A stretch of 64,000 nt of DNA from Chloroflexota bacterium (GCA_037447295.1 JBBIGZ010000009.1:8400-72399), one strand, 5' to 3'; positions 7,588 to 18,182 are shown, counted from the stretch's first letter. Notes: generated by a model from the letters alone, not told the origin. Numbers and translations: made by a program.

Positions 7588-9398
7588 TGCTCCCCATCCT
7601 AAAAATCCACCTTGGCGAAGGGCGCATTGAGCGTTTGGATGTGCCTTCTGCCTGGCGCAATGACTTTCTGGGCGGCGCTTCTCTGGCGGCTCGTTTGCTC
7701 TATCCCGTCCTCACCGCCGATCTCAATCCGCTTACGCCACAAGCCCCATTGCTCTTCCTCACCGGCCCGCTCACCGGCACCGCCGGTCCGACTGTGGGAC
7801 GTTTCGTCGTCTGTGGCAAAGGTGCTGCCACCGGTCTGTGGGCCGAATCAAACTGCGGCGGCTTTTGGGGGCCGGAATTGCGTTTTGCCGGCTACGATGG
7901 CCTGTGGATCGAAGGGCGTTCCGACCGCCCGGTATACCTCATGATCCAAGATGATCACATCGAGATCCGCCCGGCCGAGCACCTTTGGGGACTGGATACC
8001 TATGAGACTCAAGAGCAGATCAAGGCAGAACTCGGCCAAAGTGGATGGCATGTAGCCGTGATCGGTCCGGCCGGTGAACGTGGGGTGCGCTTTGCCGGCA
8101 TCTATTGCGATCACGGACGCGCCGCCGGACGTACCGGCCTGGGCGCCGTGATGGGTGCGAAGAACCTTAAGGCCATTGCCGTGCGCGGCACGCGCAAGAA
8201 TTTACCCCTGGCCGACCCGGAACGCTATGCCGCGCTACGTTCGCAGGCCAATCGCTGGCTGCGTGAGGATAACGAAGCGCAGGTGCTCCATGCGCTGGGC
8301 ACGGCCGGCGCTGCCAACTATGCCGAATATCTGGGAGCGATGCCAGCACGCTACTACCATCAGGGCACATTTCCTGAAGTAGATGCCATCTCCGGTGCCA
8401 CGATGAGCGAAACCATCCTGAGCGGACAAAGCGCCTGCCATGCCTGCGTCATCGCCTGCGGCCGCGTCGTACGCCTGGGAGACGGGCAAAAGCGCAAAGG
8501 TCCAGAATACGAAACGATCGTCTCCTTTGGCCCAAACCTGCTGAATGCCGATTTGGAATCCATCGTCTACCTAGGCGAGCTCTGCGATCGCTACGGAATG
8601 GATACGATCAGCCTGGGCAACACGATCGGGCTGGCGTTTCACCTTTTCGAGCAGGGGGTACTCACCACCCAAGATACCGGCGGGCTAGAATTGCGCTGGG
8701 GAGATGTGGCCGCCATTCGCCAACTCATCCGCATGGCCGCTTATCGCGAAGGCTTCGGCGATCTCATCGCCGAAGGGTCGCGACGATTGGCAAAAGAGTT
8801 GGGTGTGCCGGAAGAGGCCGTACAGGTCAACGGGTTGGAGGTGGCGTATCACGATCCGCGAGGCGTCTCCGGCATGGCGCTGGTCTATGCCACCAGCCCG
8901 CGCGGCGCCTGTCACAATCAATCGGATTATTTCTTCGTAGATTGGGGGCACGTCCAGCCGGCGCTGGGGATCGAGTATTTCTCCCGTCATGCCGGCGCGG
9001 AAAAAGCGGCGAACGTCGCCCGTCACCAGGATTGGCGGACGGTCTTCAACGCCCTGGTGATGTGCCTTTTCGCAAATATCGAGCCGCAATTACAAGTCGA
9101 TCTGATCAACGCCGCCTGCGGCCTGGATTGGTCGCTAGAAGAGATGATGCATGCCGGAGAACGCGCCTGGAACCTGAAGCGCCTGATCAACCTTCGTCTA
9201 GGTCTGCGCCGCGAGCAGGAAAAGCTCCCCAAAGCCCTGCTGGAGGCCTATGCGGAAGGCGGCGCGGCCGGTTACGTCATTCCCTTCGACGAGATGCTCC
9301 AGGCCTACTATCAGGCGCGCGGTTGGGATTTGCAAAGCGGCGCGCCCTTGCCCGAAACGCTTCAACGATTGAGGTTAGATCAACTAGAGGGAGCATGA
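7587..9398 (+). CDS. aldehyde:ferredoxin oxidoreductase family (tungstopterin) enzyme
   Basis: 603 aa with an AOR-type N-terminal domain. Cys cluster SACHACVIACGR plus a later GACHNQSDY match the AOR family 4Fe-4S and pterin region. The ATG overlaps the upstream TGA (TGATG). Confidence 0.85.
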   Translation: MLPILKIHLGEGRIERLDVPSAWRNDFLGGASLAARLLYPVLTADLNPLTPQAPLLFLTGPLTGTAGPTVGRFVVCGKGAATGLWAESNCGGFWGPELRFAGYDGLWIEGRSDRPVYLMIQDDHIEIRPAEHLWGLDTYETQEQIKAELGQSGWHVAVIGPAGERGVRFAGIYCDHGRAAGRTGLGAVMGAKNLKAIAVRGTRKNLPLADPERYAALRSQANRWLREDNEAQVLHALGTAGAANYAEYLGAMPARYYHQGTFPEVDAISGATMSETILSGQSACHACVIACGRVVRLGDGQKRKGPEYETIVSFGPNLLNADLESIVYLGELCDRYGMDTISLGNTIGLAFHLFEQGVLTTQDTGGLELRWGDVAAIRQLIRMAAYREGFGDLIAEGSRRLAKELGVPEEAVQVNGLEVAYHDPRGVSGMALVYATSPRGACHNQSDYFFVDWGHVQPALGIEYFSRHAGAEKAANVARHQDWRTVFNALVMCLFANIEPQLQVDLINAACGLDWSLEEMMHAGERAWNLKRLINLRLGLRREQEKLPKALLEAYAEGGAAGYVIPFDEMLQAYYQARGWDLQSGAPLPETLQRLRLDQLEGA

Positions 9399-11107
9399 TG
9401 AGCGAAAAACTGCCGTTTATTCCCAAACTCGTTTCGGTAAAACAGATGCGACAGATCGAGGCCGAGGCCAACGCCCGCGGCCTGACCTACGATCAAATGA
9501 TGCAGAATGCCGGCGAAGCAGTCGCCAACCTGGTGCAGCGGCTGGCACAAGAACATCGCCAAAAAGCGGGGTGGCATACTCCCCCAACTGCCCTAGGATT
9601 GGTCGGGAGCGGCAATAACGGCGGGGATACGCTGGTTGCGCTCACCCGTTTGGCCCAGGAAGGTTGGGAGACAGTAGCCTATCTGGTCAAAGAACGCAAA
9701 AAGGGCAAAGAAACCGACCCACTGGTAAAACACCTATTGGAAAGCGGCGGCAAGATCTTCCTCATGGAACAAGACCCGCACTTCCAGCATCTTGGCGAAG
9801 CCGTGCAGCAAGCCGATGTTATCCTGGATGGATTGCTCGGCACCGGTATCACCCTACCCTTGCGCACCGAAATTTCCCTCCTCCTGGAGGCCGTCCAATC
9901 CTTTGTGCGGCTCTCGCCTTGCCTGATTGTGGCCGTGGATTGTCCCAGCGGAGTAGATTGTGATAGCGGCGAAGTCAGCCCTTCTACCCTGTATGCCGAT
10001 TACACGCTGACGTTAGGCGCGGTCAAACAGGGGTTGCTCAAATTGCCGGCCTTCGCTCACCTAGGTCGGCTGGAAGTGGCGGATATCGGCTTTTCAGAAG
10101 ACCTGCCCACCCTGGCCGCGATCCGCGACGAAGTGGCCGATCTCGCCTTTGCGCTTCATCACCTGCCCAAGCGCCCGGCGGAAGCGCACAAAGGGACCTT
10201 TGGCACCGCGCTGATCGTCGCCGGCTCCCTGAATTACACCGGCGCGGCGCTGCTGGCCGGGCAAGGTGCCTATGCGGTGGGCGCCGGTCTGGTGACCTTG
10301 GCCGTACCCTCACCGCTCCATGCGGCCCTGGCCAGCCATCTTCCGGAGGCCACCTGGTTAATTCTACCGCATGAGCTAGGCGTGATTGACGCCTCGGCCG
10401 CGGAAGTGATTTTGGAGAACCTAGGTCGGGTCACTGCCATGCTCCTCGGCCCCGGCTTCGGGCTGGAAGAGACGACGCGCGACTTCATCGAGAACCTGTT
10501 AACAGCCCCGACCCCCATCCGAAAGCCCACGCCGCGCATTGGCTTCCTGACTGCGGGGGAATCTGCTGCTCCCCAACCGTCACCCGAAGCGATCCGATTG
10601 CCGCCCTTGATCGTAGATGCCGATGGGCTAAAGTTGCTGGCGCGCCTGCCGAATTGGTGGCAACGTTTGCCGGGTCCGGCCGTGCTCACGCCGCATCCGG
10701 GTGAAATGTCCATCCTCTGCGGCCTGCCGGTGGCAGAAATTCAGGCCAATCGGCTGGAAACGGCCCGGCGCTTTGCCACCGAATGGGGACACGTGATCGT
10801 GCTAAAAGGCGCGTTCACCGTGATCGCCGCGCCCGACGGACGGACGACTACCATCCCGATCGCCACTTCGGCCCTGGCCCATGGCGGTAGCGGCGATCTA
10901 CTTGCCGGCATGATCACTGGCCTGCGTGCCCAAGGGTTGGAAGCCTATGAGGCCGCTCGTCTGGGAGCCTGGCTACACGCCCAGGCCGGAGTGGAGGCCA
11001 CCCGAAGCCTTTCGCCCGCCAGCGTCCTGGCTGGGGATGTGCTCCATGCGCTGCGCACCCTGCTCCGCGCACTGGAAGATCGGCGTCAGGCCGAGCGACA
11101 ACTTTGA
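9395..11107 (+). CDS. nnr: bifunctional NAD(P)H-hydrate repair enzyme (epimerase / ADP-dependent dehydratase)
   Basis: 570 aa from the ATG at 9395, which overlaps the AOR stop. YjeF_N motif GSGNNGGDTLVA and a C-terminal carbohydrate-kinase domain (HKGTFGTALIVAGS ... GSGDLLAGMITG). Confidence 0.9.
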   Translation: MMSEKLPFIPKLVSVKQMRQIEAEANARGLTYDQMMQNAGEAVANLVQRLAQEHRQKAGWHTPPTALGLVGSGNNGGDTLVALTRLAQEGWETVAYLVKERKKGKETDPLVKHLLESGGKIFLMEQDPHFQHLGEAVQQADVILDGLLGTGITLPLRTEISLLLEAVQSFVRLSPCLIVAVDCPSGVDCDSGEVSPSTLYADYTLTLGAVKQGLLKLPAFAHLGRLEVADIGFSEDLPTLAAIRDEVADLAFALHHLPKRPAEAHKGTFGTALIVAGSLNYTGAALLAGQGAYAVGAGLVTLAVPSPLHAALASHLPEATWLILPHELGVIDASAAEVILENLGRVTAMLLGPGFGLEETTRDFIENLLTAPTPIRKPTPRIGFLTAGESAAPQPSPEAIRLPPLIVDADGLKLLARLPNWWQRLPGPAVLTPHPGEMSILCGLPVAEIQANRLETARRFATEWGHVIVLKGAFTVIAAPDGRTTTIPIATSALAHGGSGDLLAGMITGLRAQGLEAYEAARLGAWLHAQAGVEATRSLSPASVLAGDVLHALRTLLRALEDRRQAERQL

Positions 11108-11134
11108 AAACATGCTCTTTGCAGGAGAAAAACG

Positions 11135-12352
11135 ATGTCTCTAAGCTACTTGGCACGTTCCATTGTCGAATCTCCCACCGTTAGCTTGAACGAAGAGGCG
11201 CGCCTGCTGCGAGAACGCGGTGAGCCGGTAATTCATCTTGGCATTGGAGAACCCAAAAACAAAACCCCCATTCAGGCCATCCTGGCCGGAGCGGCCAAAT
11301 TGACCTCCGGAGAGGTGAAGTATACGCCGGTCGAGGGTACGACCTCGCTGCGCAAGGCCATCATTCGCTATACCGAGGAAAACTACGACCGGCTGGTGGC
11401 ACCGGAAAATGTGATCGTCACCATTGGGGCCAAGAACGCCATCTGGATGGCACTTTTCACCTTGCTCAACCCAGGCGATGAAGTGATCATCCTCGCTCCC
11501 TATTGGGTGAGTTACCCGGAGATGGTGCGCATGTGCCAAGGCGTGCCGGTGATCGTCACACCGGAAGATGGCACGTTCATCCCGCGCTTCGAGGACATCG
11601 AACGCGCCGTGACCTCTTCCACCAAAGCGATCATCGTCAACAGCCCGAACAATCCTTCCGGGGCGATCTACCCTCCCGAACTGATCGCCCAGTTGGTAGA
11701 TTTTTGCGAACGTCGCGGCATTTACTACATTTCGGATGACATCTACCACAAACTGGTCTTCGATGGAAAACGCGCCGCACCGGTCTATCAATTCACGCAG
11801 AAGGACGTGGATTCCAGCCATATTATCGTCATCAACGGCGTAGCCAAGCTCTATGGCATGACCGGCTTCCGCATCGGTTGGGCGGTGGCACCGCGCCCGA
11901 TCATCGAGATCATGCGCCGCGTTCAATCGCAGACGGTCACGACCCCGGCGGCTGTGCTGCAGGCGGCGGCCGAAGGCGCGCTGAACGGCATGCAGAGTAC
12001 CGTAGAAGTGCTGCGCCTGAGCGTGCAAAACAATCGAGATGTGCTCATGCAGGAACTGAAAGCTTTTCAAGGGGTGCGTTGCATTCGTCCGGAAGGCACC
12101 TTCTACGCGCTCCCCGATTTCCGTGCCTATACCCAGGATTCGGTGCAGCTGGCGCGTTTCCTGCTCCAAAAAGCACTGGTAGTGACCGTGCCCGGCCGCG
12201 AATTCGGCATGGAAGGCCATCTGCGCATTAGCTATGCCGGCACAGTCAAGGATGTCACCGAAGGCATTGCCCGCATCCGCTGGGCATTGGACCCCACATC
12301 TCCGAACGAAATCTACATCGGCGACCGCCGAATGGTGAGGGATTGGCTATGA
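11135..12352 (+). CDS. class I pyridoxal-phosphate aminotransferase (aspartate aminotransferase-like)
   Basis: 405 aa. Contains NSPNNPSGAIY and the PLP-lysine region NGVAKLYGMTGFRIGW. Confidence 0.85.
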   Translation: MSLSYLARSIVESPTVSLNEEARLLRERGEPVIHLGIGEPKNKTPIQAILAGAAKLTSGEVKYTPVEGTTSLRKAIIRYTEENYDRLVAPENVIVTIGAKNAIWMALFTLLNPGDEVIILAPYWVSYPEMVRMCQGVPVIVTPEDGTFIPRFEDIERAVTSSTKAIIVNSPNNPSGAIYPPELIAQLVDFCERRGIYYISDDIYHKLVFDGKRAAPVYQFTQKDVDSSHIIVINGVAKLYGMTGFRIGWAVAPRPIIEIMRRVQSQTVTTPAAVLQAAAEGALNGMQSTVEVLRLSVQNNRDVLMQELKAFQGVRCIRPEGTFYALPDFRAYTQDSVQLARFLLQKALVVTVPGREFGMEGHLRISYAGTVKDVTEGIARIRWALDPTSPNEIYIGDRRMVRDWL

Positions 12353-13995
12353 ACAACCTACTGAACATCAAGACCCCGGCTCAAGGCATCGCTACGGCCT
12401 TAAAGAGTGACTACGGATTGGAAAACCACGGCTTCAGCAACCTGAATCAGGTGTACTGGAACTTGCCGCCGGAAGCACTGTATGAGGAGATCGTCTTCCG
12501 CGGCGAAGGGCAGATCGTCCACTCCGGCCCGGTAGTGGTGCATACAGCAAAGCATACGGCACGCTCGGCAAACGATAAATTCATCGTGCGCGAAGCAGAA
12601 AGCGAAGCCCACATCTGGTGGGGACCATATAATCGCCCATTCGCCGCGGATAAATTTGAAGAGGTCTATAACCGCCTGCTGGGCTATTTTCAGGGACGAG
12701 ATGTCTTCGTCCAAGACGTCTATGCCGGCGCCGATCCGAACTATCGCCTGCGGGTGCGCATCATCACCGAAACGGCCTGGCACAGCCTCTTTGCCCGCAA
12801 CATGTTCCTGCTCCCTGCAACGCGGGAAGAATACCAGCGCTTTGTGCCGGAATTTACGATCGTCGCAGCGCCCGGTTTTAAAGGCGTTCCATCCATTGAT
12901 GCCACGCGTTCAGAGACCTTCATCTTGCTGAACTTCGCCGAACATCTCGGCCTGATCGGCAATACGGCCTATGCTGGGGAGATCAAAAAATCGGTCTTCA
13001 CCATCTTGAACTATCTGTTACCGCTGGATGGCGTGCTCCCGATGCACTGTTCGGCGAACGTCTCGCCGGATGATGAAAACGACGTGGCTCTCTTCTTCGG
13101 CCTTTCCGGTACAGGGAAGACCACCCTTTCGGCCGATCCGTCCCGCCGGCTGATCGGAGATGACGAACATGGCTGGAGCGATGAGGGCGTTTTCAACTTT
13201 GAAAACGGCTGCTACGCCAAAGTGCTCAACCTTTCGCCGACCGCCGAACCGCAAATTTACGCCACCACGCGCCGTTTCGGCACGATCCTGGAAAACGTAG
13301 TCTACGACCCGGTCACCCGGCGCATTGACCTGGATTCAGATGAAATCACGGAAAACACGCGGGCCTCTTACCCATTGGAATTCATCGAAAACGCCTTGCT
13401 GGAAAAACGCGCCGGACATCCACGCAATATTGTCTTTTTGACCTGCGATGCCAGCGGTGTGATGCCGCCCATCGCTCGCCTGAGCACCGAACAAGCCCTC
13501 TACCAGTTCATCTCCGGTTACACCTCGAAAATCGCCGGCACCGAAGTTGGGTTGGGCCGAGAACCGGAGATCACCTTCTCGGCCTGTTTCGGTGCACCGT
13601 TCATGGTCCACCATCCTTATAAGTACGCCGAACTGCTGCGACAAAAGATCGAACGCTACGGTGCACGCTGCTGGCTGGTCAATACCGGCTGGGTGGGAGG
13701 GCCATATGGCATCGGCAAGCGCATCAGCATCCGTTACACGCGCGCCATGCTGGCCGCCGCCCTACGCGGTGACCTGGAAAACGTGCCCTATAAGACCGAT
13801 CCGATCTTCGGCTTCCAGGTGCCCACCCAATGTCCCGGCGTTCCCGATGAAGTGCTCGATCCTTCTAGCTCCTGGCCAAACAAAGAGGAATACTGGAAGA
13901 AATATCGCCAGTTGGCGGCACGCTTCATCGAGAATTTTCGCAAATTTGAGGATGTGTGTCCACCTGAGGTGATCGCTGCGGGTCCCAAACTGTAA
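12349..13995 (+). CDS. pckA: phosphoenolpyruvate carboxykinase (ATP)
   Basis: 548 aa from the ATG at 12349, which overlaps the upstream TGA as ATGA. Kinase-1a motif FFGLSGTGKTTLS and IGDDEHGW. Confidence 0.95.
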   Translation: MNNLLNIKTPAQGIATALKSDYGLENHGFSNLNQVYWNLPPEALYEEIVFRGEGQIVHSGPVVVHTAKHTARSANDKFIVREAESEAHIWWGPYNRPFAADKFEEVYNRLLGYFQGRDVFVQDVYAGADPNYRLRVRIITETAWHSLFARNMFLLPATREEYQRFVPEFTIVAAPGFKGVPSIDATRSETFILLNFAEHLGLIGNTAYAGEIKKSVFTILNYLLPLDGVLPMHCSANVSPDDENDVALFFGLSGTGKTTLSADPSRRLIGDDEHGWSDEGVFNFENGCYAKVLNLSPTAEPQIYATTRRFGTILENVVYDPVTRRIDLDSDEITENTRASYPLEFIENALLEKRAGHPRNIVFLTCDASGVMPPIARLSTEQALYQFISGYTSKIAGTEVGLGREPEITFSACFGAPFMVHHPYKYAELLRQKIERYGARCWLVNTGWVGGPYGIGKRISIRYTRAMLAAALRGDLENVPYKTDPIFGFQVPTQCPGVPDEVLDPSSSWPNKEEYWKKYRQLAARFIENFRKFEDVCPPEVIAAGPKL

Positions 13996-14013
13996 GCGCA
14001 TCGGCAAAAGCAG

Positions 14014-14065
14014 GCACCGCCGGCTCGGAGCGGAATTTACCGTTCCCCCGGCGGTGCTTTTTTTT
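14014..14065 (+). terminator. intrinsic terminator after pckA (possibly bidirectional)
   Basis: GCACCGCCGG (14014-14023) pairs with CCGGCGGTGC (14048-14057), followed by eight T. It sits between convergent genes. Confidence 0.75.
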
Positions 14066-14131
14066 GAGCAAAAGCGAAGCAGGGTGCGAAGTTAGTTTCG
14101 GCAGGCCTCCTTTGCCGATCGTCGGTTGCGC

Positions 14132-15196
14132 TCACAATCGCACCGTCACGCGATATTCTCCCACCTGCAAGCCGCGATGATTGAGAACCTTTCCACCGTG
14201 AACGAAAGGAGCAAACTTGGCAATCTGGGTCTCGGTCAACACGCCGAGCTGACGCAAAATTTCCAGAGTGACGGCCGTACGCGCCCGCGAAACGGTGCGT
14301 CCATCGATCAGCCGTATGGGGAGATCGCCATCGGCGATCTTCAGTGCCAGGCCAAGGCCCGGTTGATCGGGCCCCAACGTTCCGGGCAGGATGCCGACGA
14401 TCTGGAATCCTTCGGCACCGCCTTTGGCGAGCACATGCCCGGATGCGATGCGCATCAATTCCGTATCGAATCCGCCTTCTCCATCCACCATCTCCGGATG
14501 ACCGATCATGGCACGGACAATCGCTTGGGCAGCTTCCGCCCGCTGTGCGGGAAGCCGGCGCGGATCGCAAAGGCGGGCAACACCCAACGCGGCATGATAC
14601 AATGGCAAAGCAAAAGTGGGAGCAGAACAACCGTCAATCGCCACGCCAATGCGCTCTTTCGGATAGTCGCAAATTTCTGCCAGTGTCTGCAGAATTTCCT
14701 GTTGCAGCGGATGGTGAATATCCAGATAGTTGTGGATGGCCCAGCCGTGCAAAAGCGCATGGGCAAGCATGCCCGTATGCTTCCCGGAACAGTTGTTGTA
14801 GTTCGGCGTCGGCTCGCGTCCGCTCAAGATCAGGGTGCGCATGGATTGCGCATCCGAAGGCCAGTGAGCACCGCATTGGAGCTCGGCCTCGGATATGCCG
14901 ATCTTCGCCTGCAACGCGCCCACGGTTTCTAGGTGAATGGCCGCGCCATCGTGGGAGGCGCAGATCAGCGCCAGCTCGGCCTCGGTGATGCCAAAGGTCT
15001 GCACACCGCCGTGTTCGACAAACGGCAGCGCCTGGAATGGCTTGGCCGAAGAACGTAAATAGGTGACAAACGAGACATCTCCTGCCGCAGCAATCGTTCG
15101 CCCCTCAGCATCCACGACCGCAAAAGCACCCTGGTGGACGGATTCGCAACGATCACCGCGCCATACCTCTAGCAAAGGGACAAAAGGTTGGTTCAT
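14132..15196 (-). CDS. asparaginase II family protein
   Basis: 354 aa. The N-terminus LLEVWRGDRCESVHQGAFAVVDAEG ... LRSSAKPFQALP resembles the L-asparaginase II (Rhizobium-type) family. Confidence 0.75.
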   Translation of the reverse strand: MNQPFVPLLEVWRGDRCESVHQGAFAVVDAEGRTIAAAGDVSFVTYLRSSAKPFQALPFVEHGGVQTFGITEAELALICASHDGAAIHLETVGALQAKIGISEAELQCGAHWPSDAQSMRTLILSGREPTPNYNNCSGKHTGMLAHALLHGWAIHNYLDIHHPLQQEILQTLAEICDYPKERIGVAIDGCSAPTFALPLYHAALGVARLCDPRRLPAQRAEAAQAIVRAMIGHPEMVDGEGGFDTELMRIASGHVLAKGGAEGFQIVGILPGTLGPDQPGLGLALKIADGDLPIRLIDGRTVSRARTAVTLEILRQLGVLTETQIAKFAPFVHGGKVLNHRGLQVGEYRVTVRL

Positions 15197-16044
15197 TGTT
15201 CTTCCTCGAGAGGGATCACAACGGGTTGACGACGAGTGTGGTAGTACTTTAGGCCATAACGCAGGCGGAAGAAATACTTTTTCTCCGAAGGAAAGTTGAA
15301 ACGCTCCAGCAATTCTTGAGCCATCTGCTCAAATACCGCATCTGCTACATCCGCGGGGACTTTCTGCAGGCTTTCCTGAACCGTTTCCAGGAAGGCGATC
15401 TGGGCCCGGATCACCTGCAAAGGAACAAGCCCGCCTCTACCACAAACGATCAGGTAATCGGCATATTGCGGCTGCAGGAGCTCATGAAGAAGCTCAATCC
15501 ATTGAGGAATATCGGCACTCGCCAGGAACGGCGGTTGATCTTTACACACTGCATCTCCGATGAAAAGCACACGCTCTCGTTCCCAGCGCACCCACACCGC
15601 GCCGTTACTCGGTCCCGGACGCGCCTCAATCACCAAAGGGTGTTCACTCCAATGGAGCACCAGGTTTTCGGAAAAGGAGAGCTCTGGTGGTGTCCAACGG
15701 GTGGTACTCCAACCGCTATGGCTTTCCCATTCGGCGCCGGTCTCCTCGCCGGTCACGCGGCTGGTGGGAGGGCGCGAGCGGAGCATATGTGCCGCCTTCT
15801 CGTGTGCCAGAATCGGGCATTCCATCAGGCGCGCGTTCAAAGCCCGATCGGGGTGAGCATCCAAGAGCACCAACGCCCGCTCGGTGCCGGTGTTCAATCC
15901 CATCAAGGAAGCCCGCCAAGCCCGCACATGATCGGGCAAGAGGGGTACGTCAATATGGACCAGGCCGTGCGGTAGGACAAAAGCGCCTACCGTCACTCCA
16001 GGATAAGCAGTCTCAATATAGACATCCGGTGCAATGTTTTCCAT
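15193..16044 (-). CDS. MBL-fold metallo-hydrolase-like protein
   Basis: Beta-lactamase-fold-like N-terminus (VYIETAYPGVTVGAFVLPHGLVHIDVPL) with a degenerate HxHxDH region (LLDAHPDR). The start is ambiguous: ATG at 16044 or 16062, or TTG at 16089, which overlaps the upstream stop. Confidence 0.55.
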   Translation of the reverse strand: MENIAPDVYIETAYPGVTVGAFVLPHGLVHIDVPLLPDHVRAWRASLMGLNTGTERALVLLDAHPDRALNARLMECPILAHEKAAHMLRSRPPTSRVTGEETGAEWESHSGWSTTRWTPPELSFSENLVLHWSEHPLVIEARPGPSNGAVWVRWERERVLFIGDAVCKDQPPFLASADIPQWIELLHELLQPQYADYLIVCGRGGLVPLQVIRAQIAFLETVQESLQKVPADVADAVFEQMAQELLERFNFPSEKKYFFRLRYGLKYYHTRRQPVVIPLEEEQ

Positions 16045-16085
16045 AAGAATTATGAGTAGCATAGAAATTTTGGCGTTTGAAGGTC

Positions 16086-18182
16086 TCAAGCAGATTCAAG
16101 ATGTCTTGGCAAGGTGAAGAAAAAGGTAGCGCCGTGACCCGGCTCACTCTCTACACCGATCTTACCACCATGCGCCTGCACCGCCAGGCGGCAAAATGCC
16201 AACCCAATGCCCAACCCGCGCACACCTTCTTTACGAGCAAGTCGGGTAAATTTTTCAAAAATGCGCTCCTGATCCGCCGGTGCAATGCCTGGCCCGCTAT
16301 CCTTGACCCAAAAACGCACCTGTTGTGGTGTATCTTCTAGCAATTGGGCACCTAAGAGAATCTGGCTTTGGGTTGGAGAAAACTTGGAGGCATTTTCCAA
16401 AAGGTTGATCAAAACCCGTGCAATCATATCAGCATCCGCTAGTACCCATGCCGAGGCGACCTTGTCCTGTATCTGTATCTCGAGGGTTTGGGCACGCGGA
16501 TCCAGGGTCATGCGAATTTCATTGGCCGCCCTTTGGAGCAGATCTCCCACCCGCACCGGCTGGCGCTCTCCCAAAGGGACACCGGCTTCCAAACGGTGAA
16601 TATCCAGCAAAGAATTCACCATACGCTGCAGGCGCGCTACCGCGTGAGAAGCGATCTCCAGGATCGAAGTAGCCACGTTGTCATCGGTGGGGATCGCACC
16701 CTTCAAAAGTTCCAAACTGGAGATCAAATTTCCCAACGGAGAGCGTAGATCGTGATAGATCATTGCGGCCAGATCGTCCCGCAAAGCATCCAGCTCTTTG
16801 CGCTCATGGATATCATGGAATATCCACTGGATCACATCACGTTGTTCCAATATGCGGCGACGAGCGGACACTTCTACCGGTATTTGCCCCCCATCCTTGG
16901 TCTTCACCACAGATTCGAAGCGCAGCGTGTCTTCTTCGTCCAATGTATCCAGCGATTGAAGCGTGACCCCTTCAGGGACATGATAGAGCTGGTGGACGGA
17001 ACGAGAGAGTAGCTCCTGTGAATCGTAACCGAAGAGCTGCATCGCCTGGCGATTCGCTTCTAGAATATGCCCCTGCAAATCGGTCAGCAGGATGGCATCG
17101 ATATTCTCATCAAACAGCTCTCGATAGCGGCGTTGTGCCATCTGAATACGCTCGGCAAAAAGAGCGTTTTGGATGGCAATCCCTGCCAGACTGCCGATGC
17201 CGGTCATCACCAAAAGCGCATCCGAGTCAAACGTGCCTCCCAAGGGATTGAGCGCCATCAATACTCCGATCGCACCTTCCCGGCCATGGATCGGTACGAT
17301 CGCAGCAGAAAAGATGCTCCGATCATCGAAGAGACCCGCAACGGAAAGGCGCTCTTTGCTGCCGCTGCTGGGCAAGATCACCCCTTTTCCCTGACGCATG
17401 ACCCAACCGATAACACCCTCTTCAACTGCCAGACGACGATCGAGGAGCACTCCGGCGCGTAGGCCATCGGCTGCGCGAAACACCAGCGTGTTGCTCGTCT
17501 CATCCACCAAACCGAGCGCCACCGTTTCCACTTGCAGCGCCTGCATCATTTGTTGCAGAATGCGACGGAAGACGTCTTTCAAGTCCAGGGAAGCATTAAT
17601 CGCAATGGCACATTCGACCAATGCGCTCATCACCCGTGCCTGCCGCTGACTTTCGGTATAGAGGCGCGCGTTCAGCACGGCAATGCCTGCCTGATCGGCA
17701 ATGGCCTGCATCAGTTGGAGATGCTGTTCTGTAAAGGTGTTAGGGATCGGGTGCACCAGCGTCAAAACACCAACGAGCTTCTCGCGCGCCAGCAACGGCA
17801 CGCAGATGGCTGATTTGGCTCCCGTGCCGGCGCTGGAATCATCCGGGCGGCGCAGCCAGCGTTCATCACGGCTGGTATCCGGCACCAGCGCCGCCTTGCG
17901 ATGGCGGATCACCCAGCCGGCCAGCCCACGTTCTACCGTCTCCCGCAAACGGGGCGTGGTGTGCTCGTGATATTGTTTTCCATAGACTAGCGTCGCTTCT
18001 ACCGGTTTGCCGCTATCATCGAGCACGACAATGCTCCCGCGCTCTCCGCCCACGTGCTGCAATGCGGCATAGAGCACCCGCTGCAAAACGGTGCGCAGAT
18101 CCAGTGCCGCGGCCAGTTCACGGCTGATCTGATAGAGTAACTCTAGAGGGGCGATGGGCGAGGCGGGTACATCCATACTCAT
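16086..18182 (-). CDS. cytoplasmic sensor histidine kinase (GAF-GAF-PAS-HisKA-HATPase)
   Basis: 698 aa with no TM segments. H-box IYHDLRSPLGNL and ATPase G-boxes (KDSGPGI, GLGIGLAFCR). No response regulator gene in the window. Confidence 0.85.
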   Translation of the reverse strand: MSMDVPASPIAPLELLYQISRELAAALDLRTVLQRVLYAALQHVGGERGSIVVLDDSGKPVEATLVYGKQYHEHTTPRLRETVERGLAGWVIRHRKAALVPDTSRDERWLRRPDDSSAGTGAKSAICVPLLAREKLVGVLTLVHPIPNTFTEQHLQLMQAIADQAGIAVLNARLYTESQRQARVMSALVECAIAINASLDLKDVFRRILQQMMQALQVETVALGLVDETSNTLVFRAADGLRAGVLLDRRLAVEEGVIGWVMRQGKGVILPSSGSKERLSVAGLFDDRSIFSAAIVPIHGREGAIGVLMALNPLGGTFDSDALLVMTGIGSLAGIAIQNALFAERIQMAQRRYRELFDENIDAILLTDLQGHILEANRQAMQLFGYDSQELLSRSVHQLYHVPEGVTLQSLDTLDEEDTLRFESVVKTKDGGQIPVEVSARRRILEQRDVIQWIFHDIHERKELDALRDDLAAMIYHDLRSPLGNLISSLELLKGAIPTDDNVATSILEIASHAVARLQRMVNSLLDIHRLEAGVPLGERQPVRVGDLLQRAANEIRMTLDPRAQTLEIQIQDKVASAWVLADADMIARVLINLLENASKFSPTQSQILLGAQLLEDTPQQVRFWVKDSGPGIAPADQERIFEKFTRLARKEGVRGLGIGLAFCRLAVQAHGGKIGVESEPGHGATFFFTLPRHLESA

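Noticed and set aside
8942-9394. 151-aa N-terminal extension of nnr
   Set aside because: It lies entirely inside the AOR gene in another frame and is Arg/Gly/Pro-rich. The YjeF_N domain starts at the ATG at 9395, which overlaps the AOR stop.
11141-12220. 359-aa ORF antisense to the aminotransferase gene. Similar long antisense ORFs lie at 42347-43246, 44524-45471, 51508-52968, 54008-54607 and 14126-14932.
   Set aside because: These are typical high-GC antisense open frames with Arg/Gly/His/Ala-rich, low-complexity translations and no recognisable motifs. Each lies fully opposite a gene with strong family signatures.
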